In this document: in pieces, positions 27,791 through 41,644 of the stretch
Layout of the letters: every line of letters begins with the position of its first letter
How positions within the stretch are numbered: position 1 is the first letter of the stretch
Origin: Vicugna vicugna
Taxonomy: Eukaryota
Length of the DNA stretch: 64,000 nt
Direction of reading: 5' to 3'
NCBI GenBank assembly: GCA_013265495.1
Contig: MU057640.1
Location: 1,497,303 to 1,561,302 of the forward strand
Position numbers and translations under genes: made by a program
Notes under the pieces: generated by a model
The model's database searches: none
What the model was told of the DNA's origin: nothing
What the model saw: the letters and a program-made list of their open reading frames with translations, nothing else

Positions 27791-29945
27791 AAATATTGTT
27801 TTCTTCTCCAAAGGCCTGTATTTGCTCATTTACATTGTTGGCGAGGCACTGAAGCCTGTGGATCTACTGTAGAAGAACAGAATCAGGAACTGAGTTGAAG
27901 ACAGGGTCTCCGGCTGGTAAGAGAAGACAGGGACAGAGCTGTGGTTTAAGGTGGGTCTGAAGTAGGTTACAATGGAAGGGGGTGAGCTCACAAAAAAGAA
28001 GGTATAAAAGGAGATGGCAACTACGGATGGGCCTTTAGGAAATACTTATAATTCAAGTCAGTAAAAGAAAGGTTAGTAAGTGGAGGGTAAGTTCAAAGAG
28101 TGACAGGTTTAAGTAAGAGTTCAAAATGAATTAAGCTGATGGTGCACAGCTCACAGCAAAAATTAATTCAGTTGTGAGACCAGGGCTCTAGAAAGAGATG
28201 AGAGTGCATTGTAAAGTAATTTATCTAGCAACAAAAACAAGTCAAATCTAAACTCCCCATGAAACTGTACTACATATCAATTAGTTAAGGCTAATATGGA
28301 AAGATGTGTCTTTTAATTACTGTCAATATAAATTTTATACCAAGTTCTTATTAAAAGCCAGTTTTCATTCACCAGAACTGTCAATATGATATCTAAATTA
28401 AAGTTTATCTTTCATGTTAAAAAGCATTTTCAAATAAAGAACAGAGGCAGAAAAAAATATTAGGCACAATTTAAGAACAAATTGTCAGAGAATAATTTGT
28501 GTATCATAATAACGAAACTGGTCAAAAGGAGTAAGTTACCAGGCTTTCCCTCCAAATTTCTATGTAATGAGGAGAGGAAAAAGGTCTATTTAACACTAAA
28601 AGATATACATAAATTTAAAGCAGCACATTGGCAAAAGACATCAGACTGTGAATAAAAAGGAATATCTCTGCAAATTTGGCTTAAAAAGAGGGTAATTTAG
28701 AAACCCTGAATCTAAGACAGGTTTTTCTATAATAGCTTTCATACTGGATTACTACATAGATGAGTGGGATAAAGCAGAGGGGTAGAATTCATAAGGAAAT
28801 AGAAACAATATAAAGTAGATGTGAAAATGCCCATCCTCACTAATAATCAAGAAATAATCATTAAAGCAAAAATGAAGTAGCCATCATTTTAGAACTATTA
28901 AATTAGCAAAGTTGTATTTTGTCCATTTACAGCTATTAAATTAACAAAATAATTTTCGTATGTTTGACACTAATAAGCCCGTATTCAAAATCCTTATGGC
29001 CCTGTAAATCGGGGTGTCACCTATAAAAGTAGGTAACGTTCAGCAAAAGGCTCATAACCCTTGTAATTGATGGCTAAGTAACCAATGGCGCTCTTCGAAA
29101 TGGGTCTGGATGAACATACACTCTACTACAATGGTTTTTAAACAAAACAGATAAAGAATCTGGAAACAAGTCAACTGTCCGACAACAGAAATTTTTTTGG
29201 AATGTTTCCATAGTCTTTTAACAATAAAGAGCAGAGGAAATAGGAAGAAAGTCCAGCATTGCGATTCTATAAACGTGGCACAGAGACAAAAACTGTAGCC
29301 ATAGTTCTAAGGAGGGAGGATATAGATGGGAAGAGCAGTAAAGATGAATTGTAACAAATGAACTTCAAAGAGGGAAACAGACTTAGAAAATTAGGAAGCT
29401 TCCAGAAGCCTCCGAAAGAACAGCTTCAACAAAATGGTAGAGACGTAAACCTTACGCAGAGAACTGTCATTAGTAACAGAGGTGAGGGAGTGTGTGACTC
29501 AGGCCATGCTGAGAAAGGAGAAACAGGTAGTAAGTTCCTGGAGAAAAGAAAGGTGACAGCAGCCTGGGGAAGGACTAGGCTTGAGAACGATCTTTTAGGC
29601 TATAAACTAGAAGGAGAGCGAGTAACCAGTAAAGAGAATTGAAAATTCTGAAGAGAAGGAACACTGGGAAACAGCTCTGGAGGCCACAGCACAAGCACTC
29701 ATATGGAGCGGAATGTGGCTTTTTATTCCGTCCTTGAAAAGCACTCTAATTTGTCTTAAGAAAAAGTACTTCAATGAAAATTTTGATACCTTCTTAAAAT
29801 AAGAGGCACTGCTTAGAACATGTCGCCAAGTGTATTTTAGCATAAATGCAAGCAACATGATGCAAGTAAGTGATACACTGACTTCTAAAAAAGCTAGAGA
29901 TCCTAAGTTAAACTCCAAATAAAATAACTCTGTTCGCGTGATGAG

Positions 29946-30131
29946 CGTTTTGCATCAATCTAAAATTCACATTTTCCTTCCATTTAACATCATGAAATAA
30001 AGATGCATCTTATAGTCAATGGCATCTTAGCATTGTGACATAGTTCAAAAAGCTATGGTCTCTTCCTTAATGGAACACAGAATAATGATGTATCTTACAA
30101 TTAAAGGCATCTTAACTTAAGTAAAATGCAG
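29946..30131 (+). mobile_element. MER104-like TcMar-Tc2 MITE
   Basis: Internal repeated motif gatgcatcttatagtcaatggcatctta / gatgtatcttacaattaaaggcatctta, ~185 bp long, followed by TA. Confidence 0.65.
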
Positions 30132-32059
30132 TATCTGTCCTTACCAATTACTCCCTGGCATTATTACATAACTACAGCAGAAAAGAGGAGAGGGGGAGAG
30201 AAGCTTGGCATATGCAACTTTAAACTACTTTTTTAACTTTATAAAAATATAAAATTGTGAACATTTCACCAGGCAGATTTCTGCTTCTATAATTAAATGA
30301 TCCCCATGGTCCTGATTCAGTAAAGTTTATCCAAGCTCATAAAGGGAGAACATAAATCACATATATACACATTTATGTTTCACAGCTCTCCAGGTAACTG
30401 ATAGCCATTTTACACAGGAAAAGTGACATTTAAGGCAAAAGGACAACTGAAAGAGCATACTTTCACTTAAACTTAAACATAGTATGTTAAAACAAAATAC
30501 TTTCCTATTGAACAAAAATCAGAGGCAAGAACATTTTACTAAAACTTTTAAATTTTTAACAGACATGCTAATTAAAGGGCCTAGCAATTAGGCATTTTAA
30601 AATACATATTCCCATCTCTTCAACTTTTCTGCAAATCTAAAATTATTCTAAAATAAAGACTTTGCTAAAATAAACAAGTATATATATGCGTATCAACAAT
30701 TTTAACTGGTCAGTTCACTGGTGTTTTAACCTTAACAAATATGTAAAGATAAAAGTTCTTGAAACATTTACAGCATCAAGCTTCTCTGGCAATTACTCTA
30801 ATGGCAACAATGAGCCACTCCAAACTGGCATGCACTACAAATTTTTTAACATTTTAAAAGGAAACCAAACTTGCCAGCTAATAGATTAATTTTATCCTTG
30901 CCTATTCTATTAGAAATGTGTAAGATAATCAAATCAATGAAGTCAGCATCTTAAAATGTTTCTTAAGCATAATCAGTTTACTCATAAAACATTTTAAAGT
31001 GATTCTGAATATCAACATGGGCTCTGTATCGAAGCCAAAATAGGTACCATGCCAGAAAATTCCTTCACGAACTTCTAGTTACACAAACTCTGTAATTTTC
31101 AAAGCATTTTCAAATAGCATGGTTCTTAGGATAAAATGAGCTATACTATCAAACGTAGCAACGCCAAATCCAATTTAAAAATATTATTTACACTGTTTGT
31201 GGCTAAACACTGGCAAAATTCATCATGCTGATACCTACTAATAAGCACTTTCTTTCAATGGAGGTCAGAGGTTATGATGGCTATGAAATTTCAAGAGCAC
31301 CAACCAGGAAAGATGTTACATCATCATCATGCAAGAAATTGCAACTAATTTCATCTGAAATAAGAGAAAAGGGGAATATGCAGTAGAATTCAAAACTTCT
31401 AGTATCTTATTCTTCTATAAAATGTGAAGGCAATCAGCATTTTCTGACTATTTAATATAAGCAATGCATTATGTTGGGAGAAATAAACAGTTCCTGCCTC
31501 AAGAAAACTACAGCATACAGGGGAGAGAAACAGAAAGACCTGTAACATGTGGCAGAGGACGGTAAGTATTAGAAGAGTTTTATGAGAACGTAAGGATGAG
31601 AAAAACACACTGTTAACTAAGAGGTACATTAGACCGTAACCAGATTTCCATTACTGACAGTGAAAAATATTTTTGCTGGACCAACAGAGATGTTTCTGGA
31701 CTAACAGGATCACTAGTAGTAAGACCTTAGCAGCACTTTTAGTTCTCTGTAAAATTTTTTATTAAACTCTGACAGGTTTTCATATCTAATAAACTCACTC
31801 TAGTTTATTCCTAACCTAATAACCAAGAAATTTTGTTTCTGACCCTTCAAACTATTTAAATTTCACAAAGAGTACAAAGACCCTTTACTACTATCCTTAA
31901 CAGTAGTAAAACCAAAGCTGGCAAAGAAAAGCATCAGCCCTTGAAGGTAAAAGGATTTTTAAGAACTATTACGGCTCACTCTAAAGAATTCTAGTTCCTA
32001 GTTCCCATTTCAGGATGTAGTAGGTAGAAGAAAAGGAAAAGTTAGGTTCAATGGATTTT

Positions 32060-33060
32060 TAAAAGTAGACTGTCATAAAAATTGAAATATACATGGAAGT
32101 ATGTAAATCCTACGTGTACATCTTTTAAGAGTTTTCACAAAGAAAAACCACCTATGTAAGTACCACTCAGCCAGGTATGATCATTACCAGCCCCTCAAAA
32201 GCCACCTTCAAAGAGGTCCTCAGTAACTTCAAAAGCCAGTAACCATTATGACTTCAAGCACCACAGAGATTGATTCTGCCTGTTTTTGAACAGGACATTT
32301 TATAACACAAAGAGAAGTATGAGGTTGGAAAGCAATTTATTTTAATGAAGTCACAGAGCATACTGCCTTTCCCTCAACGTTTGTGAACCTACGTTGTAAC
32401 AGGAAGTGTTAAGTACTGTTCCATGAACATTCCACAACATATTTCTCCATTTACTACTGAGGAACACTTCAATTTTTTCTAGTTTGGCATGAGTTCAAAT
32501 AACGCTGTTATGAGTATTTCTGGCCATGCTCTTCGGGGGCACAGGTGCGTGTGTTTCTGTTGGGTCTGTACATGCCTGGGAGTGAAACTGCTGGATCAAA
32601 GGTGGTACGAATTTACACTCCCACCAGCAGCGTGCATGAGTTCCAGCTGCTCCACACCTAGACTTACCAGTCTTTTTCATTTGTCATCCTGGTGAGAATA
32701 TAATAGTACACTATTATGTTTTTAATTTCCATTTTCCTTATAAGACATGATTTCGAGAGCCTTTCAAAAGGCTTATTGGCCAGTGGAGTATCTTCTTTTG
32801 TGAACTGTGTATTCAAGTCTCATGCCTTTGGCCAAGGGGGAAGGTAAGAGGGAACGGAGGGTCTGGCTTCTACTGATCGATAGTTTTTTACATAATGTGG
32901 ATATGAGTGCTCTGTTGGACATGTACATAGTATATCGCAAAGATCTCCACTTCATTGTGTGGCTTGTCTTTTCACTCTCTTAACAATGTTTTTCAATAAA
33001 GAGAAATTCTTAATTTTTAATGTAGTTCAATTTGTCAATTTCTTCCTTTATGATTGATTT
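32060..33060 (-). mobile_element. Ancient L1 (L1ME-like) 3' region
   Basis: Reverse L1 motifs (gcctgggagtgaaactgctggatca, tttacactcccaccagcag, tcttcttttgtgaactg). Confidence 0.75.
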
Positions 33061-34859
33061 CAATGGAATGCAAATACTACTCCCCAAATGTAAAAATAGG
33101 AACATTTAGACTACTTTCAATTAACATATTGGCCTGTTTGTTAATCATTTTAAATAAGCTTATGCAAAGATTTTAATTTGTCACAAACTCAGTATAGATA
33201 ACTATCCAATAAAAAAAATTTTTAGGATCATTCTTAGTGTGAAATGATTAGGAACCAGATCCCTGGTTTCTGGCGGGACACATCTCATATTAATGACGTA
33301 CATCCCAGTCAATAACATTTTAAGTTTCTACTCTTATTCAAATAATTTTGAGCAATGGTTCGGAAAGACAGATTTCACTTGAAAATCATGAAGAAATTTG
33401 GGGATCTAAGTAAAAGTGATTAAAAGAGCCCCCCAAATAAATTACATCCCCAAATAACTCATAATTAAAGTGAGGATGCTGATAATTTAGGACATCGACA
33501 ACTTTTTTGTATTTTTGCCCAGATAATCTCTATTAACACAGAAGGAATTACTATTTTCATATCTTGAAATGAGAACCAAAAATAACTGAGGAAAATAAAG
33601 CTGTTAGGTTGATAATTTAAGATATGATAACTGCATAACAAATTATCATATTATGATATAATTGCATATTCTTTGGACAAGAACTTGCTTGACAGTATGA
33701 AGCATGCAAAGCAAGAAAGTACTTTAGAGACTTACGTAAGAATCTGATCAAGCATATACAAGCAGACGTTGTGCTTATATAAAGTACATGTATAGGAACA
33801 GTTTCTTTTTCTATTTTTATAATCTTTGTATTGAACCACCAAGCCACTAATCACCTTCTATTTATAATGAATGCACCAAAATGACATGATGAATATGGGA
33901 AAAGAATCAGCCCTGGAGCCCGTGACATAAACAGCTCATTTATGCAACACTTACTCAAAGAATATACTTTTTAGTTTAGCTTTGGTTGGTGTTCATAACA
34001 ATTCATATAGGCCCTCTCCTTTGAAGAATTCGAAGAGCTTATCAGTATCCTTTCACAAGAAGTCTTTCAACAGAAACATGCCAGACTGCATCATCAAAAA
34101 GTCTTGTAAAAAAAAAAAAAGTTGATTAACCACTCACTTTTGGTTAAACTGCACAAACCAAAAAATCATACTTCATCATCCTGTCCTGACATAAGCATCA
34201 ATGTCTAGCTTATTGGGAAAGATCCAACTGCAACTTCTACTCACCCCACAATGGCCAATAAAAAGGAAAGAAGCAAAAGAGATAGCAGAGAAACTACACT
34301 GGGGTGGGGGGTGGATTATAATAAATTCAGAGTTGCCCAGCAGTATCTACATGACTTCTGCAAAACAGGAGAATCGATATTGTGAGTTATATTGTTTATT
34401 CAGCCTATAAACAACACGTGGAGCAAGTACCGAGTCACATTCACAAACCCCTCATCTCGGTTTCATGGCCCGTTTGGAAAGCACTGGAACAGACGTTGCA
34501 GAGTTTACGCCCTTTACTTAGAGAAGAGCTCCTGCAGCATTTACTGAGAGGCACTCCGCTCGTCTCCTTCGAACGCAATTCTAACAGGCTTATTCAGGAT
34601 CATTTTGTAAAAGCAGTAACCAGAAAAGGGACGGGAGAGGGGCTGCCGCCAGAATCAGGTGCAGCAACAGCAGAGAAGTAAAGCCCCAAAGAGACGTTAG
34701 GTCGTGTAACACCGCTCAACAGTCCTCAAGAGCTTCCCAGGAATTCCAAACCCATCTTGTAATTATAGCTCAGAACGGTGACCTCCATTATCGAGAAAAG
34801 ATCATAGTCAGTGTACCTCAAATAATTTTTCTCAGGAATCCTTCACATAGAAAATCAAA

Positions 34860-35700
34860 AGCTTCAACAGGACGTTTCACCAAGAGGATATAAAGATGGC
34901 AAATACAGAAAAAAATGTTTAAAATAATTCGCCATTAGGGAAGTGCAAGTTAGAACCATGACAAGGTAGGTACTGCTACACACCTGTCAGGACAGCTAAA
35001 GTGAAAAACACTGGCAGTAAGTAGTGGCCAGGACAGGAGGCAAGGAGAACTCTCAACACTGCTGGGGGGAATGCAAAATGGTGCAGCCACTCTTGAAAGC
35101 AGTTTGGCAGTTTCTTTGAAAGTTAGACAGAAACTTATCCTATGATCCAGAAATCACATGGCTGGGTCTCTACCCAAGAAAAATGAAAACTTACATTAAC
35201 AGAAAAACCTAAAGACACATGTGTACAGCAGCTCTACTGATAATTATCCAAACTGGAGACAACCCAAGTGTCCTTCAGTGGATGAATGGATAAACGAACT
35301 GGTGGACCCACTCATCACCAAAAAGCAAGGAACTACTGATTCATGCAGTGACTCGGATGAATCTCAAAGGCATGCTAATCTTAGAAAGTTAACTACTGTA
35401 CATGACATTCTAATTTATGAAGTTAAATGACATTTTCTTTATATGACATTCTAATTTATGAAGTTAAATGACATTCTCAAAAAAACCAAAACTCTAGGAC
35501 TGGAGTACAGATCAGTGATTGCCAGAGGATTTGAGTGGGATGAGGTGACGACAGAAGGGACAGCAGGAGAGCTGTGGGGTTACGAAACTGTTCTGAATCT
35601 GGATGGGGATGGAGGTTATGGGGATTTAACTATGCGTTAAAATTTCCAGCACTGTACACATACGTGTTTAAAAGTGTGTGATAATTTCAAGAGGGTCCTC
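34860..35700 (+). mobile_element. L1MC/MD-like ORF2 end and 3' UTR
   Basis: gggaatgcaaaatggtgcagccactct...cagtttggcagtttct; translation NWRQPKCPSVDEWIN is ORF2p C-terminal. Confidence 0.82.
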
Positions 35701-35829
35701 CTTTTACTTTAACTCACTATCAAGTATATGAATAAAATGCTATGAAAAGTAGCAGATTTGAAGAAAGGATTAGTTGCAACATTCTCATATTGACATATGA
35801 CTAATTCTAACAGCCTTCAAAAAAAGAAA

Positions 35830-37670
35830 AAACATATACCATAAGCAGTAATCATAAGAAAACTGGAGCAGCTGTACTATTATTAGGCAAAGTGGACTTT
35901 ATGACGAAACTATTACTAGAGAAAAAGAGGGACAGTTTATAATAATAAAAGGGTTACTGAACCAGGGAGACAGAATAGTTATAAATGCATATGCCGTCTA
36001 ACAACAGAGCCCCAAAACAAATGAAACAAAATGGACAGAACAGAAAGGAGAAACAGACCGTTCAACAACAATCAGAGACTTCAACACTCTAAATAAACGA
36101 CAGAACAACTAGACAAAAAAATCACAAAAGGTATAAATACTTGAACAGTACGATTCACCATACTGGCATTGACAGAATACTCTAACAACAGTAGAATACA
36201 CATTCTTTTCAAGGCTCAAGATAGACCATTTGCAATGTCACAAAACATATCTCAATAAATTTTAAGACTGAAATAATACAAAATATGTTTGGGACTCCAA
36301 AGAATTAAATCACAACCAAAAGAAACTTAGGAAATCTCCAAATACTTAGAAATTAAACAATAATTTCTAAACGATCCCTCAGTTGAAGAAAAAAAACTCA
36401 AGCAAAATTAAGAAATATTTTGAACTGAACGAAAACAAGCACAAAAAAATGTGAACATTTATAAGATGTAGCTAAATCAGTTGTTAGGGAGAATTTTATA
36501 GCTTTAAACTTAAGCCCATGTTAGAAAATAAAATTTTCAATTCGTTTCCACTTTGAACTAGATAAAGGGCAAACAAAACCCAAAGCAAAAAAAAAAAGGA
36601 AGGAAATTTAAGTTTAGAGCAAAAATCAATGAAACTGAAAACAGAAAAACAATAGAGAAGAAAGAACAATGAAACCGGAGTTGATTCTTTTAAAAGGTCA
36701 ATAAAATTAACCAACTTTTACTTAAACTGACCAAGAAAAATTGAAAAAGACACCGATTACCAAAATCAGGAAGGAAAGAGGAGGCATCACTATCGACCCT
36801 ATAGAAAAGGATTATAAGGGGATATTATGAAAAACTGTGTACCACCAAATTAGACAATCTAGATAAGACAAATTCCTAGAAAGATAGAAATTATGAAAAC
36901 TGATTCAAGAGACAGAAAATCTGAACAGACCGGTAACAAGAAAGTCAATTAGTAATTAACAGTCTTCCCACAAAGAAAATTCCAGGCCCAGATGGCGTCA
37001 CTGCTGAATTCCACCACGTATTTAAAGAACAATGCCAGTTCTTCACCAACTCTTCTAGAAGACAGAGGGAACACTTCCCAACTGATTCTACGAATTCAAC
37101 ACTACCCTGATACCAAAGCCAAAGACATCAAAAAAAAAAAACAGAAAACAACAGATCGACATCCCTCGTGAATACATACACACACAAAATTCAACTAGTA
37201 AACCAAATCCAGCAACCCCTAAAAAAGATCAGATACTGTCACCAAATGGAATTCATCTCAGGAATGCAAGTTTGATTTAACATCTGAAAATCAAGTAACA
37301 TAATATAACATGTGAAAACTAATTCATTTACTACAATATATTAATATAGTAAAGGACAAAAAGCCACATGATCATATTAATATATACAACATCCACTCAT
37401 GATTTTGAAAAACAAAAAACTCAGCAAACTCAGAACAGAAGGGAATATCTTCAACCCTTGAAGGTATTTGTTCAAAACCTACAGCTAACACATCGCACTT
37501 AATGGTGTAAGACAGACAGCATTCCTCCGACATCAGAAACAAGATAAGGATGTTCACTCTCACCATTTCTATTAAACATTCTCCTGGAGGTTCTAGCTAA
37601 TCAAACAAGGCAAAAAAACAACCAAACAAAAATTTAAAGGTATCCAAATGAGAAAGGAAGACGAAACTAA
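35830..37670 (+). mobile_element. L1 ORF2 relic (endonuclease to RT region), decayed
   Basis: ctaacaacagagccccaaaa, gagacttcaacactc, ccaggcccagatggcgtcactgctgaattc, ccctgataccaaagcc are typical L1 ORF2 text. Confidence 0.88.
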
Positions 37671-38479
37671 TAGCTTTCCAAGCCTCAATTTTCTAGATTT
37701 TCAATACCCACACACACATAGTACCCAACCGGACAACTCACATTTAAAACCAAGAACCAATGTGCTCTTTGTGCGGTAAATATTAAACCTTGGAGTTTTC
37801 CTTAGCGTGGTTTGTCTAAATTATCAGTAATCAGGAGTACGAAAGTTCTTCAATGGAATTAACAAACACAAACAAGGCACTAAATATGTCCATTTAAAGA
37901 CTAACAAAAGAAAATAACTTGCTGAACTAGAATTTATTCATCTTAAAATACCTGATACATTTTCCAAGTGTTGATACATTTTAATTTTATCTTAATCCTT
38001 GAAGGAATAAAATTATATAGGCTTTATAATATCTTCTTTTTTTTTAAATAAAACATCAAGTTGATCCTTTAGACAGTTGGAAAAGCATGATTATCCTGAA
38101 ATTTAAAACTTCTGGACTAATAAAACCAACACCATGTTCCTATATTCTGGCATGCCTGACCTCCCCTGAAGCTTTTAGCAATCCACAGTTGCTCCTTACT
38201 GCCAAAGTCCTTTTTGTAGCTGTGTCATCAGGCTGCTAACACAAAAAATGAAGCTAATATACCACTTCTTTGTATTTTCAGCCCTGGAAGTAGCCAGTAA
38301 TTCCCCAAGTATCCAAACAAAGGGCTTGTTGTCAAGGACAGGAATCTGCATGGACCTGGCTGCAACGGCCTGTCTCCAAATGGACGGGTTTAAATACTGT
38401 CTGACCGCCCGGTGGCAGAGGTGAGGTGCTGACAGACCTGGATGAGCAGAAAACAGAAGTGCATTTTTCTCAGGCCATC

Positions 38480-39264
38480 AATCCAATCGGTCAGCTCAGA
38501 AATATTTATTGAGCACTTTCTCTGCGTCGAGCTCTGCTCAAGGTTACAGGCACATGGCAGGGAATAAGACCAAACCGCAGGATCTCAAGGAGAGCCCACG
38601 CTCTCCTCAGAAAGAGTACTAAAGGTCATCCAAAATGCAAAAACTAAAAATTCCAGCTCTAGTTTGTGGAAAAACAAATAAAAGCAGTCCACCCCTTTAC
38701 GTCCCAGGATAGTATCAGTAAGAAATGGCCTAACTTCACTATCTCCTTGTCTCCACTCTCACCACCTTCTAATACGCTCTCAACACAGCGACCAGGTGGT
38801 CTTTGCAAAAACATTATGCATCCTCATCTGAAGCCATTCGATGGCTTCTCATTACACTGGGGCACAAAAGTAAAAGTCCTTGACATGGTCTGAAAGTCAA
38901 TCTTTCCAGTGTTGAAGGCACCATGTCCCCAGTGACGATGCTCCAGCCACACCAGTCTGTAAGGCTGACAAACACACTCAGCTTTCCTGTCAGGAGTGGG
39001 GGTCTGTCTGAAATATTTTCCTGCGTCCCAAGTCCCAGTGTGGAGAGTCTCCACTCATCTTTCTCAGGAGGGCTTCTCTCATTATCCCTGCCTCGTCCTC
39101 TCCCACCTTCACCCCATACACACCCTGAACTAAGTGAAGATTATCAGGGACCTTTTCATATTTTCAAATAATTTGATTTCTTTTTTCCACATTTTCCCCC
39201 CAATAATTTGCTTTCATGTATAATTTGCTGAAAATGTAGCCCTCAAACCCCACCTCTTGCTTCT

Positions 39265-39303
<39 letters not shown>

Positions 39304-39530
39304 AAATGAAACACCAGGTTGCTCCTTTACACTAATGGAAACACATGAGTATACTGATTCCAGAGCACTCACTAGTTTATATATACATATCTACTTGTGT
39401 GACCAGAATATTTGTTCATGTCTCTTCCACTAAGCCCTAAGTGCCATGAAGACAGCTATGGTGTCAGTTTAGGGGAAATACAATGTCCCTGAAGGCTGGT
39501 AGGATGATGCCTGACACAAAGAAGGTACTC
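38480..39530. mobile_element. L2 LINE fragments (two pieces, opposite orientations)
   Basis: atatttattgagcact...caaggag at ~38500 and tggcttctcattacactgggcacaaaagtaaaagtcctt...tgcctgacacaaagaaggtactca; approximate. Confidence 0.55.
39268..39301. repeat. (GT)17 microsatellite
   Basis: Directly visible. Confidence 0.98.
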
Positions 39531-40543
39531 AAGGAAAAAAGCAACTGAATTATGATCATCACCAAGGGGAACAACTGTAATTTAAACTTCAGAGAACTGC
39601 TCCCAAAGATAGCTGAGTTTCCAAGAGCCACATTTAGTTTTGCTTTACTTTCTGTTGTAATGAAGACTTTACTAGGAAAACAAAATCCAGACTGATGAAG
39701 AGACAGCTGAAAATCTACTTGGAGTTGACACTTCCTTTCCCATCGGTTAGAAATGTATCTAATATGTGGATTTGGTTTCTTTTTATTTTTAAATGTGGAC
39801 ATCCTGTCTATTTGAAAGGATAATTCTGAGGATCATAAAGAATGTTTATTACTTAAGCACTCAGTGTATTATTAAAATATAAGACAGTATAAATATTATT
39901 ACTAGTTTAAATGAACAAACTTCCTAGTAATAGAAACAGACATCTTGATCCCTATTAACCTCGAAAATGCTCTCCATAATATATACACATCATTAGGCAG
40001 CTACTCATAACCTAAGGTTCCCTATTTGAGGGGTAGTCTACTTTTCTTAGTTTCAGCTTTTATGTTATGATGAAAAATGACTATAGCGGGTAAGTGTTTC
40101 ACTTTTGCCCAAATAGGTACACAGCAAAGAAAAAATTATAAATACCTCGACAAAGGTGTCAAACAATGTCACTGTATGACACATCTATCCTAGCTAGTAT
40201 CATGGTAATATTAGAGACTCACAAACGTCACTTGTGCAATGCCAAAAAATTCACAGCAGCCCTCTGTTGGAAGCACAGCAATTACTACAATAACACGGAC
40301 TGTACATGTGTGTGTACACACAGAGTATATATAATATGTTCTGATCTTTTATAAGCAAAAAGCAAGCAAAAACCTCTGTATTTTCTCTTTTTCAAAAATA
40401 TTTCTTTTGACGTAAAAAACAGTATTACTAACACAAGTGGGTCACAAAATAATATATAATTTTGTACTGCTAAAGGTACCAAAAAGAAACGTTAAACACT
40501 AATTGTTAAAGGTATCAGCCTCAGAGGAACATTTAAATGACTG

Positions 40544-40613
40544 TCTGGTGAGTATTGTCCAGTTGGACTCTTACTTTAGTTGCTTGAGGGAGGTCCAAAC
40601 AAAGTAATCTTAT
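40544..40613. repeat. Dispersed direct repeat, copy 1 (pairs with 41569-41644)
   Basis: 28 bp identical core AGTTGCTTGAGGGAGGTCCAAACAAAGT at 40578-40605 and 41608-41635, with similar flanks. Confidence 0.92.
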
Positions 40614-41568
40614 CACACAAAGGTGTCAGTAAAACTGATAACCATTCAGCTGCATTAAAAAAAAATTTTACCTTTTTAAATCATGAAGAAAAAAATTTGC
40701 CCTTAATGGTTTTTTTTTTTTAATGAAGTCTAAATAATTCAAATAGTTAAAACCTCAAGCTGACCATTTTGTTTCCGTTTTGGACAAACGGCAATTATTG
40801 AGAATTAGGCCTTACAAACATATCCATGCAAGCTTAATACGTTTGTTTCTCTGATCATTAAAAAAGCTAACGATAACTCCTTCCCAACCCCAGCCTTACC
40901 CGATTAACTTCTTTCTGAACACACTCTACGTAAACCTTAGACCTGGGTGTGATGAATGAGACAGGGAAGAATTACGCCATTATTTCGATAACCAATAATC
41001 TGCTTGCATATCACAAATGTGACGGTACGTATCATTTGATAAACTGCCTTCCAGCCCCAGTGAGAGCTGACAGGAGTCGTATCTCGCTCATCGTTAGGAT
41101 TACCGACGGTTACTCTGTCCCCCGAGGGAAATTTCTGACTCATCTACATAAAACTGAAGACCATATCAGACAATGAATCTTAGTACCTTAAAACTAACCT
41201 GTTAGATTTTGTGTTCTCAAGCCTTTCCTTGTCCAATTGGAAAACACCCAACACAACTGACAGGAATCTGATTCTCCTCTATGATACACAGGCAGCTTGT
41301 CCTGTCGTGAATTTACTGGGAGTAATGTGTATGGACGGAAGAAACCAGCGTGTGGCAAGAAGACTGGGGTTCCAAGTTACAAGGACCCAGGTACCATCTG
41401 CCTAAATGTGCACTGCCTTCAGAGTCTAAAACAGCTGTGTGAATCCCAAGAAATGGGGCATCAGATCCCCAAGCCCCAAACGGCCCAGAGGTCAGCCTTC
41501 TAAAGGCAGTGTCTATTTTTAAACTACTATATGTTGGGCTCTAAATTTGACCTGCACTGAAATTATCA

Positions 41569-41644
41569 TCTGGTGAGGAATGTCCAGCTGGACTCTGACA
41601 CACTGGAAGTTGCTTGAGGGAGGTCCAAACAAAGTTCATTTTAT
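41569..41644. repeat. Dispersed direct repeat, copy 2
   Basis: tctggtgaggaatgtccagctggactctgac...agttgcttgagggaggtccaaacaaagt aligns to 40544-40613. Confidence 0.92.

Noticed and set aside
31884..31910. 9 bp stem hairpin TTTACTACT...AGTAGTAAA (similar one near 24479-24518)
   Set aside because: Short AT-rich inverted repeats are common by chance.
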